DNA from: Pelomyxa schiedti
Taxonomy: Eukaryota > Protista > Evosea
Length of the DNA stretch: 64,000 bases
Assembly (NCBI GenBank): GCA_020536535.1
Contig: JAHLWZ010000423.1
Span: forward strand, 1-64,000
Reading direction: 5' to 3'
A program made the position numbers and the translations under genes. The notes under the pieces were generated by a model. That model was not told the origin of the DNA. It did no database searches and worked only from the letters and a program-made list of their open reading frames with translations. Shown piece by piece: positions 49,504 through 64,000 of this stretch (position 1 is its first letter; each line of letters begins with the position of its first letter).

Positions 49504-51878
49504 TTAAAGCATTGGCCAAATGAACCCCGGAGGGGCAGTGTACTTTGTGATGAGGAATTGCACCCCAACAGAAAGGTGCAAAGAAGAAGAAAAAGCTGGA
49601 GAATGGTTCTAAAACATGGATATTGTTTTGCTTGACAAATGAACACGCAAATGTGGGTTCGTGTTTACTCGGATAGTGGTTCCCGTAACAAAGTCACAGT
49701 CAGCAACAAAGAATTCCCTCAAGCCGGTACATGCCGAAATTATACCAGAAACGTGACTATTTCTAACCCACATCATACCCTGTATATTTGGGTCAGAGTG
49801 AATTTATGATATGAATGCATACTTCCATGCTCAACTTGGCTAAGTTTTGTGGAGCGGCTCTCGCAATTACTGCAGCGGATTCCGCTGTCAGCCTCGGGCA
49901 CTGGCTGACATCTAATTCGGTTAAATCTTTGAGTTGCATTGCCGCAGTGACGGCCGCGTCAGTTATTCTGCTGCCTGGAACCATAATATTCTGGAGTTTG
50001 GTGCAGGAATTACACAGGGCCACTATGCCTTCGTCGTCTACGCCTGTCACAATCGAAAACCGCACCTCGCGAAGCTCTTTGCAGGTAGATAAGGCTCTGA
50101 CTCCTGCGGATGTCAAGTGTGAGTGATACAGCATCTGTACAATCCGAAGCTGAGATGCATTCTCAGAGATGTGAACCAGTGCCGCGTCGGTTATTCTTGG
50201 GCAATCCAGTAGGCACAGACTTTGAAGTGCCTTCAGTGAACGTGTAATATCATTTACTCCCTCGTCTGTAATCCAAATACTGCAAAGGCTCAGCTTTTGT
50301 AGGGACTGCAAATTATGTGCCATAGCGGAAATCCCAAAATCAGTCACACCAGAAGAGTAAGTCCCATTGCCATCAAAACTGCCGAAGTAAAATCTATGGA
50401 GAGAATCTCATTATAATAAAGTGGCCTTGAAATATTATTAGAGAACCTCGTTATATCAGGACAACTCTCAGTCACCTGCGCCAATAAAGTATCATCCTGT
50501 GATCCGGACACACTTAATGCATGCAAGTATGTAAGATTGGGTGCTTCCCGCGCAATATCGGCCAGCTTGCCATAGGGGGGTTGGATGTACTGCATGGAGA
50601 GTTTGGTCAATGAGTTTGAGCAGGCCTGCGCAATTCTGATGAGGGAGGTAGCAGACACTCCTTCACAGAAGGACACATTCAGTGTTTGAAGCTGTGTAGT
50701 TGTCATGGCACCTAAGGAGGTGTCTCCTACTCGGTGACATAACTTTACATTCAGAGCTCTTAGTTGGGAGCAGCTTTGACAAATTTTCTTTACGCCAGTG
50801 TCGGTCACAGATTTGCACAATTTGAGTGACAGTATTTCCAATTTTGGCAGAAATTCTGCAATAGCTGACAAGGAGGCGTCTGTAACCAAGCTGCATCCAT
50901 GTAGATTAAGTGCATATAATCCTGGGCACCCGCGAGTAACAGCAATAACACCAGCATCAGTAATTTTGTCGCACTCGCGCACGCTGAGGGATTCCAAATG
51001 AGGGCATGACTCGGCCACTTTCTGCAGGACCTGCAGATCAAAAAGTTCACATTTTTTGGATGAACAGGAGAAGAGCGAGGAAATACTGCAGACTCTGTAG
51101 CGGTCCCGTCCAGGACAAGAGAGACCAGGCCAGATAGCGGAGCCACCACGTCAACAAGGTTTCCCGGGGACATAGCCCTAAACGAAGCCACACTGAGTGA
51201 CCGCAATGATGCCCCACATGCATGAGCCACACGCCGCGCAGCAGCCACCCCAATTGGCTCCCTGGACAAATCCAAGCAATCAATGCCTCCCCCGGAATAA
51301 GAGAACAGAGGCTGCACCCTCTCGTCACCTCCCACTGTGCTCGCAGTTGCATTTGGACTTCCTCCAGTGGTATTGGCCCCACTAACCGGAGGAGCAGGAG
51401 GAGGAGGAGGAGCAGAAGTGAAGACGACGAGGGCCTCGAGTTTTCTGGACATCATTGGGGGCCTGGTGGCCAACAAATGGCGTGCGATCATGTCGACGAC
51501 CTCCCTGGGCGTGTCCCACCCAACCAGCGGGACAAACCCCCGCGCGCCGCCCCCGCCCGCCTTGGCGCCGCCGTCGAGGGCCGACGAGGGCGAGGCGCAG
51601 GCGGAGGGGGTGTGGGCCCGCAGGGGCCCCGTCGAGGAGGGGGAGGAGGAGGAGTCGGCGCACTCGTGGTGCGTGGGGGCGGGGGAGGAGGCCACGCGGG
51701 CGCGGGAGTCGGAGGAGGCGGCCGCGGCGGCTGCTGCTGCGAGGGCGGCGTGGGCTGCGGCGAACGACGACGAAGAGGACGACGGGGGGGACGGCGAGGA
51801 AGGGGGTACCAAGGAGTCGCATAGCTTGGCGACACAGAGCTCCACGAGACTGACGATTCGTTTTTCGCTCGATGACAT
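49504..51878 (-). CDS. Leucine-rich repeat (FBXL/AMN1-type LRR) protein with a putative N-terminal BC-box
   Basis: Repeats of CxxLxxLxLxxCxxITD; N-terminus VSLVELCVAKL. The 3' exon is tentative. Confidence 0.85.
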
Positions 51879-52125
51879 TCTAGTGCGTTTTTTCTGGCTG
51901 GGGTGTTCTGCAGGAATCTCCTGGCTTCAAGCCCCAAGAGCTTATCTGGTACTCCAGGATACACAGAGCGCAGGACCATTCCTACTGCCCGGGGGGGAGC
52001 TATTACCAACATGAATCTCCTAAAACCCCAACTTGGTTCCCCCCGACTTGGCACGAACCAAGCGACGAACAAACAACGTTCCTGAAACAAAAACAGAAAA
52101 TAAAATAAAAAAAGAGATCTGCCTC

Positions 52126-55100
52126 ATGGCACACATGAACCTACAGCCAGGGTCGACAATAGGACCATATACCGTGGTGCGGTATTTGGGCGGTGGAGCA
52201 TTTGGCACCGTGTACGAAGTACTCAACCCCCAAGACCCAGACAACGGCCCGCACAGGGCCCTCAAGATCGTTGATACGACCCGGAAATCCGCGCAAGAAA
52301 ATAAGGTTTTCTTTTTCTCGCCTCAAGTCACAGGTGCGCTAACTGCTCAACTTGACTTTTAGTACCTCCTACAAGAGGCCTACTTGCAAGAATCCTTCAA
52401 CCACGAGTATATCATTCGATTGTACAGACAGACAGTGTGTCTCTTCTTTTATTTCTCCAAAATTAAGATTGAAAACCTAAAACATTGAAAGTGGATTGGA
52501 AGAACAGTGCTACTTGAACTAGAGCTCGGAGGTGAATCACTCAAGGATATTCTTAAACGACAACCACTGTCTGAGTCACAAATAAAACTATGGGCAAATC
52601 ACATTGGTGTGGCTCCTCTCCACTCCTTTTTTTTCCCCTCTAAGGGTTTCATTTTCCAGCGGTTGCTATGGGTGAACTTGCAAGAAGACATATTGCCCAC
52701 AGAGACCTTAAGCCAGACAATGTAGTTTTATATTTTTGTTTCCAGTTGCTAAAATTTGTGGTATACCACAGATTTTAATTGTTGGTCGTAGTGATGACCC
52801 AACCGCTGTAGCCAAATGTATGTGTTACTCCCCATTCCAACGCTTTTTCTAACTTGTGTCCAGTATGTGATTTCGTAAGTTTCCTACTTTGTCTTTACAT
52901 AGGAAGGTTTTGACTTTAGCTTCCAAAAGGGTTTTGCACGTGAATATGAGGGACTGATGGAGTCTCAGCTAGGTATGTTAAAGAAAAAAATTTTTTTTTT
53001 TTTTTTTTCACATTCACTCTATAAGGCACTCCACTGTATATGGCACCTGAGATTGTGAAACATCAACCATATGGACCAATTTCCGACCTCTGGAGTTTGG
53101 GCCTCATCTTTGCTGAGGTACCATTGTTACTTTGCTCTTCCTCTAACTTCAATTAAGATGGCTGGCATTCAAGTTATAACTGCCAAGACTCCTGTTCAGC
53201 TCCTGCTTTTTGCCCAGGACCCACAGGATATCACTTTTAACGCTCCGTCGTTCTCCTATGCTTTCAACACACTAATACAAGGCCTTCTAAAAAAGTATCT
53301 CCCCCAGTTTTTACCTTCATAACAGTCTGCTCCAGAGACCAAAATTCACGCATGACTCATGAGCAGCTCTTAGCACATCCTTTTATCCAGCTGCCAAAAG
53401 TTATCATACTTTCTCCGCCAGCCAACCACGAGGCTCTCCTTGGGGGCAGATTGCCTCACGTAATCCAGCATAATGTGAACCCAATTGTTCTTGGCACAAT
53501 GCCTACTCTGGGAAGAATAGCCACTGTTGACTTCCCTCTATGGTTTTTTTTTCTAACTTGTGTCAGATTCTTCTTTCAGATACACCTGCATTACACCATT
53601 CAATAATAGTGGGGAGAAGCAAACTTTCCCCAGACACTCCCACCACGCAAGTTTTAACGGAGGTGTGATATAAGTTTTCATAAGTGCTGCTTACAGTTCT
53701 TATTCCAGATCCTCCATGATGGTCTCCTTATTGTGGATGACAATTTTTGCGATTTACTCCTGAGTTCTGCAGAGGATGTTATTCCTCCTCCAAGAGCGGT
53801 ATTACATCCACTCTTCAATTAACAATCCCTTTATTTTATTGAGCCACAAAAGCACACTGCAGAAGAGTATATCAGCTACCTCCAGCAATTCGATGCGTTA
53901 CACAATCAACAATTGCTGGTTAATTACGTTCTCGATGTACTTACAAATCTTGTTGGAGCATCAAGGTTTACTGACAAAGAGACGGTTTAGAAGGGCTTAC
54001 TCTTTTAGAAATACAAATGTGACTGATCTTGTCACTCAGTGGCAAAGTACAAGAAGAGGCGCGGAAGATCAAATTCTGCATCTGAAGGAAGTACTGGAAA
54101 TGGTGAGTTTTCAATTTGTTTAAAATCTTCCTCCCTGACCACCTAAAAGTGCCAGAAGACTATACTTCCCTCAGACATATCTGCAATTCCAAACCAAACA
54201 CTCGCTCCATATGCAGCTTCTATTAAAATCCCAGATGCAGCATCGTTCTACCAAGCTGGTACGTAAGTTGGCTTATCTCTTTCTTTTTGGTAACGTTCTA
54301 CGAAAGACAATTGGTTCAATAAACGTGCTCATCTTTCTAACTGGTATGAGAACACCTTTGGACTAGTCTTACAACATTTAGTCTTGTGAGACAAACAGCA
54401 GATTATGCAGCCATGTATCAAAAATACTCACATCTCTCGGAAGCACAAGCGCGACAAACAGCAGACTACACAGATATCACAGAAGCACAAGCTGCATGTC
54501 CAAGTCCTACATTTAAATTCATTCAATCACCGTTAACAGGGGATGCCCAACTCAGCGCAATCGGTGATGAAATCATAAAAGCGTACAATAATACACTGTC
54601 GTGCTATAGGGACTGTGTAGGCCTCAAAAATTTCAACTTCCACTAATTTTTTTCCAGCTAACCTTCTGGGAGACTTTTTCTTCCGTTTGGCAAGTCGTAA
54701 ACTCCCCAGACATTTTCTTGGCTGCCATCAGTCAAGGTTTTTCCCCTTTCAGATTTTACATTAGAATCCTCACTTCTTTCAAGCCACTGCTGAGCATGAA
54801 GAGTTTGCCAATAGCATTAAGGAGCAAGTTCGAAGTGTTGAATCTGTGATGAATGCTGTGAAAGGGTTCCCCTTTTCCCCTTCTCCCTTTTGCCTCACCT
54901 CGCTCCAGGTTTTATCCCAAAAAACTTGCACAAGATATACTTGACAACAGAGTAGCTTCAGAGAATGTTTTGCAGGAGTAATTATCCACTTCTTAATCTA
55001 TGTGAATTATCCAAACTCTGTCCAGGGAGCTTTCAGCATCCGGAATCAGCCTGTCATTCAAGCCCCTCCCTAGTGTTGAAGTTCTTACACAGACACTAGG

Positions 55101-55533
55101 AGCATGCTTTAGTGGAGAGCAACCTGTTGGTAATATCAACTCCAGCAACTGAAAAAAAGTAACGTTGGGTTATCCAGACTCTATTCGTGCAGTTCCTGTT
55201 GGATCGTGCCTTGGCCTTTCCAATCAACCCTGTGCCAGGTGCCTGGACCTTGAAAAGCGAATTGAAGTGATTCAAAGAGTCTTCAAAATCCAGACTGGTC
55301 ATGACGTGCCCACAGCAGTACACACCTACATAAAGGCTAAGTAAGTTCACCCCTTCTCCCATTCTTCAATACCCAACATTGAAACCAGGCCTCTTACTGT
55401 ATCCTCTATGCCCTCCTCCTGTTCTTCTACTACCTGTACTTCGTCTCTAACCTCTACGTTGTCACAGCCCTCTTCTTCCTCCCCATGTTCCTCTTTTACA
55501 TCAACTTGTACAACCCCTTCTAGTAACATGTAA
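52126..55533 (+). CDS. Ser/Thr kinase (ULK/Atg1- or IKK-like) with a long C-terminal region
   Basis: LGGGAFGTVY, ALK, HRDLKPDN, DFGFAR (assembled through an 11-nt exon), GTPLYMAPE, DLWSLG and HPF. C-terminal exons are partly tentative. Confidence 0.85.
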
Positions 55534-55603
55534 TGCTATTCCAAAAATTGTTTGTCTTTTTTCGTTTGGAAACAGGTATGAGGCAAGTCGGAGATTGTTT
55601 TTC

Positions 55604-57082
55604 TTAAGCCCCTTTTTTGGAGGCTGATAATGTGGCAAGCCTCACACCAGAGTTCACGTCATAAAGTTCAATGAGCAAACTGCTTACAGTGGGTTTGATA
55701 CGATATTGTTGTGTGTGTATCCGTGGTGCAAAAAGGCTGTTGTTGTGGGTGCTGCAGACTTCCTCGATTTCGATGTTCGGGTCCAGTGAGAAGCAGGGCG
55801 AGGCCAAGTCATCATGGGAAGAAGCGCGGAACACTGTGACCTTGTTGTACACATATAAATCGTGAGCACTTTGGGCTACCATGAAGTGCTGGTCTGTGAT
55901 TTTACGTACACCACCGGGGAGTCCTCGGAATTGGCCGGTCGTGGAGTTTTGAAGGCCGCAAGTGCTTCCTCTGTGTTCCTGAATAGTGACGATAGCCGGT
56001 TCTGTGAATAGTACCGCGGTTGGCCGTTGGGCGATGTGCACATCTTTCTCGATGAATAGTGACTTGGTTTCGCAGGTCTTCTCGATGTCGATGAACAGGA
56101 CGTGATCATTAAGCGGGTATTCGTGGAGGTACAGCATCAAAATGTTTCCGTTCTGCCGAGAGAATGCAGCGGTGTTGAAACTCTGGGTGTAAACGGACGG
56201 CGGCTCTTTCGTGATCTTAGCCATAACAGTCACGTGACTCTCCAGAACAGGTTCCCCATGGTCTACTTTCCATGCCTCAATTTTCCGATAACCAACTAGC
56301 ACAATCCACATGGAATTGCAGTGCCCGGAAAAGTGCTCTTTCAAGTCACATGACATCAGAGTCTTCTTCCCAGTACCCACATCATCCTCGTCGTCGTTAC
56401 CAATCCAAGGTGTAAACACATAGAACTTGTTCTGGACCACATTCCCAGCAGGCCACAGCACATCCAACAGGAACCTGCCCTCGCCCAAAGACCCCAGGAG
56501 AGTCCCGGGCGACCAGCGAGGCTGGCAGATGATTCTCACTACGCCCAGCGTGCACGACATCGACACAAACACGCGGTTACTGACTGTCACCTGGTATTCC
56601 TCCTCCTCCTCCTCGTCGTAATCGTCTTCGTCCTCGCTCCATTCCTTATCCTTGACCTTGTCCGCGCCCTTGTCTTTGCCCTCGTGTCCTTCCTCGTCCT
56701 CGTCCTCGTCGTTGTGCTCGCGGTCGTAGTACCTGTCGATGAATAACCCCTCTGCGTCGAAGGACAGGCCCTCCCATCGGCACTCCAGCGTGACCCACAG
56801 CCGCCCAAACTCGGTCATCAGGGAGGGGCCCAGGAGACCAACCGGCGAAGGCGAGGCGCGGGGCCCCTCGGTCGCCGCCGTAGCCGGCGCGGTCGAGGGG
56901 GGCGCGTACACGGCCGAGGCGAGGGCGAGGAACTGGGACTTGGCTGAGAGGACGACGGAGGGGCGCAGGGTGACCGAGCTGCAGTTCGCGGTCATTGCGT
57001 GGAGACGCTGTGCCGTGAACGGTTGGGCAAAAAGGTGCCAACGAGGTCGTTTCGGGGCTGGCGGCTGCGGCACAGCGGCCAT
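55604..57082 (-). CDS. Hypothetical intronless protein with an N-terminal 'KSQFLAL' module and an acidic tract
   Basis: 492-aa ORF with a beta-rich C-terminus. Confidence 0.75.
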   Translation of the reverse strand: MAAVPQPPAPKRPRWHLFAQPFTAQRLHAMTANCSSVTLRPSVVLSAKSQFLALASAVYAPPSTAPATAATEGPRASPSPVGLLGPSLMTEFGRLWVTLECRWEGLSFDAEGLFIDRYYDREHNDEDEDEEGHEGKDKGADKVKDKEWSEDEDDYDEEEEEEYQVTVSNRVFVSMSCTLGVVRIICQPRWSPGTLLGSLGEGRFLLDVLWPAGNVVQNKFYVFTPWIGNDDEDDVGTGKKTLMSCDLKEHFSGHCNSMWIVLVGYRKIEAWKVDHGEPVLESHVTVMAKITKEPPSVYTQSFNTAAFSRQNGNILMLYLHEYPLNDHVLFIDIEKTCETKSLFIEKDVHIAQRPTAVLFTEPAIVTIQEHRGSTCGLQNSTTGQFRGLPGGVRKITDQHFMVAQSAHDLYVYNKVTVFRASSHDDLASPCFSLDPNIEIEEVCSTHNNSLFAPRIHTQQYRIKPTVSSLLIELYDVNSGVRLATLSASKKGA

Positions 57083-57194
57083 GCTTTGGCTTTATTTGTT
57101 GTTGTGTGAAACGACACACTGGAAGATCCAAGTTGGAATAAAAAGAGTTTTCGCCAACGAATTAATTGGTGCAGCTACCCGGTCTTGTGGTTGA

Positions 57195-58665
57195 CTAAAA
57201 GGCATCACCACGGTCACACAAGAACAAGGACACATTGTCTAGTTCACCTTTCTGTGCCAACAGTTGGAAAAAATCCCGTATCTAGTGACGGGGTAAGCTC
57301 GAGTCATACTACTAGGAGTACAAACCTCGGCAGTGGTGTAACGTAGGCTGAAATGATGTAGTATGAACCTCGTCTGTTTGTGATTGCTAACATAGTGTCG
57401 CAACTGACTCCAATAGCAGTGTCCATACTTATCTGCGTTTTCCTCAAGGGAGTCGTCGTCAGTAATGAAAGTGCATTCACACATCTTGTGAAAAGGGTAA
57501 GTTTTGGTCGAGTCTTTCTGTCATACAATTGTTGGATAATCGAAGATGCGAGGATTCTTGTCGAAGATAGATGGGTGTGTATCACCAAGAAAGGCAAAAA
57601 TCGGTGTGGTCACAGTGCCAGATACCTCTACTCCATTTTTGCGTAGTTTCGCGATCTCCACACCCGATAAAATTTGGTACTCTGCTTTCAGCTTTTGTGC
57701 CTTTCTCATAATACCATATCCGATGCAGGGAACAGTATGTATGCACTCGAACACTTCAAACGAGTATGCATTGCCTCCACACGTATCCATATCTCTGACA
57801 TCTCCTGGGGATAGCCCGATTATCTCGTATGGCGAAGCAATTCGCTCGTCAAATTCGCAGCAATTGGACATTTCGATTTCCTAAATTTCTGTGGTTACTT
57901 CCTCCAACAGTTGCAATACAGGAAACAAACCGCTTTCAAGAAGGCATGAATAAGCGGAACAGCTGGTTTCGGAACATAAACGAGAACACCCGAACGACCC
58001 TTTGCTCTGTGTTGTGCTCCCCTCTTGCACTCATAAGCCACATTCCGAGCATGATCCGCATGCGTGTGAGTGATAAACAGCTCGTGGGGCTGCCTTCCCG
58101 AACTGGTTCCACACTCGAAAGCCGCATCCAGCGAGGGCATGAACAAGAAAACAGAGTCGGCAGCCCGCGAGTACCCCTCTCCCTTCACACCCGGCCACAG
58201 TTCTATCTCCCTCCACTCTCGGAACGGCGAACCCTGTGCTCTCACGCCCGCAATCCCGAACGCCATTGGCTGTTGCTGTTGCTGCTGTTGATGATGCCTC
58301 GGCCTGCTGCTCCCTGTGGAATTCCCGTTCCCGTTCCCGTTCCCATTCCCATCCGCTGTTGGTGCCGCTGAGGTGGCAGCGACCTTGACTTTAGGTTTTT
58401 TTGTTGGACTTGTGGTGTTGGCAGCTGCCTTTGGCGTGGTGGTGTTTGTGGTCGGAGGTTCTGTTGGCGATGTGGGTTTCGTGTTTGTTGTTGTTGTTTC
58501 TGCGGATGTGGTGGGGCTGTTGTCGTTGGGTGTCGGGGTTTCGGTAGTATCTGGGCTGGCTGGCTTGTGGTCTGGAGGTGGCTCCTGACTATTATGGGAT
58601 GTCGCCTCTGGGTTGCTGGGTGGTGTTTGTGAACTGGGATTGTTGTTGGTGTGGGCTTCAGTCAT
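57195..58665 (-). CDS. Short-form tRNase Z-like metallo-beta-lactamase
   Basis: EGYS, FITHTHADH, HTVPCIGY, KLKAEY exosite, AFLGDT, ECTF and LHHFSLRY motifs, with a disordered N-terminal extension. Confidence 0.85.
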
Positions 58666-58881
58666 CGTCGCGCGATACGAGATCTATTGGTGAGTTTTAT
58701 TAAACGCAATTAAGAAAACTGCACACGGCAGAAAAATTGTGCAATTCCTCTGTGGGACAGGATTTTCGGCTTCAAGAAACAACAGAAAGCAAAGAAACCC
58801 AAAGAAGAAAATTGAACTAGAACTTAGTTTTGATTTTGATCCTTGGTTGTTACTACTGGGCTTAGGGCGGCGGTCTACTGC

Positions 58882-61197
<2,316 letters not shown>

Positions 61198-61479
61198 TTC
61201 TCTTTCCTTTGTCTTGTTTTGCGGCTGAGCTTTTTTGGTTTTTAAAAGAGATTGAAAAAATGGCCAGCGAAAAGACACCTTATATAAAAAACAAGGCACC
61301 TTTTTTTAGTTCCGAAAGAAGCATGGAAGTGATGATAATGTGTGAAGAATGTCAGCCCATTTTCAATTGCGGTTCTTTGAAATCAATATTACATGTACAT
61401 GAAGAGAACAAGAGGTTCGGTGGTGGTGATGAGTGTTCGGTGGTGATGATCTAGCCGCACCGAGAGTCCCTCGGCCCAC

Positions 61480-62688
61480 CTACTCAAAGTAGCTCTCGTC
61501 GAAGTTCTCTGATTCGTGCTGCTGCCCCGTCAGCGAGGGGTCCACGTCGTCCAGCTGGCCCACAAACAGATCCAAGGCGGCGGCGTCGAGCGGCTGCTGG
61601 TCGTCGGCCGCGACGGCGTAGTGGCTGCTGCCGGTGGCCGCGGTGTGGGGCGTGTGCGCCGAGTTGGTGGTCTCGGTGGACGTGGACGTGGAGGTCAGGC
61701 TGGGGCTGGCCCCCATGGCAGGGTAGTACCCGCAGTTGCCGTTGCCGTTGCCGTTGCCGTTGCGGCTGCTGCCGCCCCCGCTGACGCAGCGGGGCGAGCA
61801 CGCGGCGGAGGACGAGGCGGAGGAGAGGGTGGTGTTGGTGTTTGTTGTGGTGGAGGCTGTGCCGAAGTCGTAGTAGCTCTCCCTTTCTCGCTGGATGGCG
61901 CTTCGCTTCAGGGCCTTGCGCACCACGTCCAGGGTGATGTCGCGCTTGCTGACCTGCCGCTCCAGCTCGACGCGGGCCTCGTGCTCTCGTGCTAGTTGCT
62001 CTGACAGTTGCTTGCATTGGTGGCGTAGTGCCTCGACTTCGGCGTATATAGAAGGCGGTGCGGTCTGATTTGAGAGGGGCAAGGTGGGGGTGGAGTGCTG
62101 GTGGTGGTGCATGTGCGATGATGGGTGCTGTTGGCTCTGCTGTGGTGTGCTTGTGGAAATTGGCCGCCCTGGCGCTGTGTGTGGGCGGCTTGCTGTGTAT
62201 GTGTTGTTGGTGGTGGTGGGTTTTTGCCGTGGGGAGTCGTTAGAGTTTACATTTTGGCTTGTTCTGAAATCCACAACTGATTTAGGTGCTGTGCGGTGTA
62301 CTTTGCCGTTGATTGTGGGTGCACTACCGTAAGATGAGGAAGTGTGGGAGTATGTAGAGTGCTCGGAGGTGGGGGAGGCGTCTCTAAACGCCCTGCTACT
62401 AACCGCGCTTCCATTTCTGTGCGCGTCGCGCTGTGTGGTTGTGGTAATTGTGGGAGCCATTCCGCCCTCTAATGCGCCACCCTGACACCTCAAAGAGCTG
62501 TTTTTCGTAGAGAGCGGAGATACAACGGCACGTCGATTCGGGGCCTTTGGGGGTGCCGCGGCAGAGTCAATGCTACTGCGGAGAAGCGACACCCCTCTAG
62601 ATCTGGTAAGCTCGCTGAAGAGGGACGAGATCTCCTCCTGTCGTTCGTACAGAGACCGCAGATCGTTTTTTAGTGATTCCAGTTCCAT
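61480..62688 (-). CDS. Hypothetical low-complexity coiled-coil protein
   Basis: Open frame from MELESLKNDL, with a coil EVEALRHQCKQLSEQLAREHEARVELERQV. Confidence 0.7.
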   Translation of the reverse strand: MELESLKNDLRSLYERQEEISSLFSELTRSRGVSLLRSSIDSAAAPPKAPNRRAVVSPLSTKNSSLRCQGGALEGGMAPTITTTTQRDAHRNGSAVSSRAFRDASPTSEHSTYSHTSSSYGSAPTINGKVHRTAPKSVVDFRTSQNVNSNDSPRQKPTTTNNTYTASRPHTAPGRPISTSTPQQSQQHPSSHMHHHQHSTPTLPLSNQTAPPSIYAEVEALRHQCKQLSEQLAREHEARVELERQVSKRDITLDVVRKALKRSAIQRERESYYDFGTASTTTNTNTTLSSASSSAACSPRCVSGGGSSRNGNGNGNGNCGYYPAMGASPSLTSTSTSTETTNSAHTPHTAATGSSHYAVAADDQQPLDAAALDLFVGQLDDVDPSLTGQQHESENFDESYFE

Positions 62689-63121
62689 GCAAGTACCGCC
62701 CACCGACCAACCAAGATTGTTTTTTTTTAAATTTTGTTTGTTTTTCGCTTCCAGCTTGTTGCTGTTGAAGTTCCCCGAAAAGATGGCGCGGTTCGAATTC
62801 CCTTTCAGCAAGAATGAACGATGGGCCTGGCGACTGGGGATTTCCTCAGTTGGGGACAGGATGGTATAGACAGCGTGCATAATCATGACCTCTGTGAGAG
62901 TTGATCACACCTGACCCACTCAACAGTAACGAAAATTGGGGATTTCGCGAAAGGACAATTCGGCGTTCCCTTTCTAAAGCATGCCACCTGCTATCTTTGA
63001 ACAGTCGGGGAAATGCGTCTGTATCGAGATTGGCACCACTCCCCGGAAGGGCAGTACAGTTTTTAGACAAAAAGCGAGAACCTATAAATCATAACAATAA
63101 CCTTTTTTTTTCTCGCAGCTC

Positions 63122-64000
63122 ATGTTGTCGGATGAGGTGGGCGGGTCTATGAGCTGCAATCCCGGTGTGAGTGCACAAAAGCAATGTTCGTCGTCGCCTT
63201 CTTCGCCCTCGGTTTTATCCAAGAAGTCACCCTCTCTGGCGCCTATACACTCCACGACTTCCGTTACGAACCTGCTTCCTCCACTGCCTGGTTTGAGTGG
63301 CTCGTGTGCTGCTACCACCGCTTCGCAATCAATTCTTAATGCATCGCCGACACCTACGCCGGTTGGGCCAAACAAACTCCCTCCATTGAATTTCTCTCTC
63401 TTGACCGTGTGCAATGGGAGAGGGTCACGTGAGCGACCACCTCACGCAAGAGCACAGAGGTCGCAGTCACCACCGCGGCATCACTATTACCACAGTCCTA
63501 AGGCACCCCAAACGGCACCTTCTGATTCGCGGGTACCTCTTTTCACTTTCACTTCCTACCTCATTCATTTTTTCTAGAGCATTAACCATTACTCCGCCGA
63601 TGACGTTGCAACACCAAGCGCCGACCCGTACATATGCGCCACATTATGTCCATCTGTGGTGCATCACCAGCACCATCACTCTCCCTCTCCAACACCCCAA
63701 CACTCCTTGCAAGTTCCACCTCTGATGCCGGTTCACCGCAATCCCACTTTTAATTCGGATTTGGCTCCAATTTCTCCTCCTGTCAAACCAGTCCCGCCGC
63801 CATCTCCTCCATCTCCCCGATCTCTCAAGCCTACCCTTTTATCCCTTCCGGGTACTGCCCTTTCATTCGTTTAACACTCTAACTCTCACCAAGATGAAAC
63901 GTGTGATTCAGTCCATCAACACAATTTAATACCCAGAACCCGAAGGGTATCAGAAGATAGTCCGTTAGGAGTAAGTATATTTTTATTTCTTTTGGTAATA
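63122..64000 (+). CDS. 5' part of a Pro/Ser-rich hypothetical gene running off the window
   Basis: ATG at 63122, apparent short GT-AG introns, and a GTAAGT donor near 63971. Confidence 0.45.

Noticed and set aside
51047-52090. Many overlapping antisense and alternative-frame ORFs
   Set aside because: Expected in GC-rich low-complexity coding DNA; the same applies at 61484-62017 and 30396-31551.

Overview
Eukaryotic, gene-dense, very intron-rich DNA with three 100-N assembly gaps. Vacuolin and a DGAP1/GAPA-type IQGAP point to Amoebozoa; an archamoeba such as Pelomyxa is my unverified impression. About 20 protein genes can be rebuilt by hand through short (mostly ~36-60 nt) GT-AG introns. They include an IQGAP-like RasGAP, an ANK-SAM-U-box E3, an At5g01010-like GOLD protein, cathepsin B, vacuolin, ERMARD, a ZZ-RBR E3, an atypical Rho fusion, aromatic amino acid decarboxylase, two kinases, an importin-5-like protein, a BC-box LRR protein, tRNase Z and P5C dehydrogenase. 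Three decayed copies of one Ty3/gypsy chromovirus are also present. Most striking: (i) a probable chain of four consecutive microexons (4, 3, 14 and 3 nt) that sum in frame between two ankyrin repeats the ORF track misses; (ii) splice sites with almost no consensus beyond GT/AG but a tight length range; (iii) CpG-deamination and microhomology-deletion scars in the retroelement copies, including a ~92-bp in-frame hairpin; (iv) an unnamed N-terminal 'HxRCG' module shared by unrelated genes, one fused to a Rho GTPase with Leu at the Q61 position. All gene models were spliced by eye with no transcript or database support.
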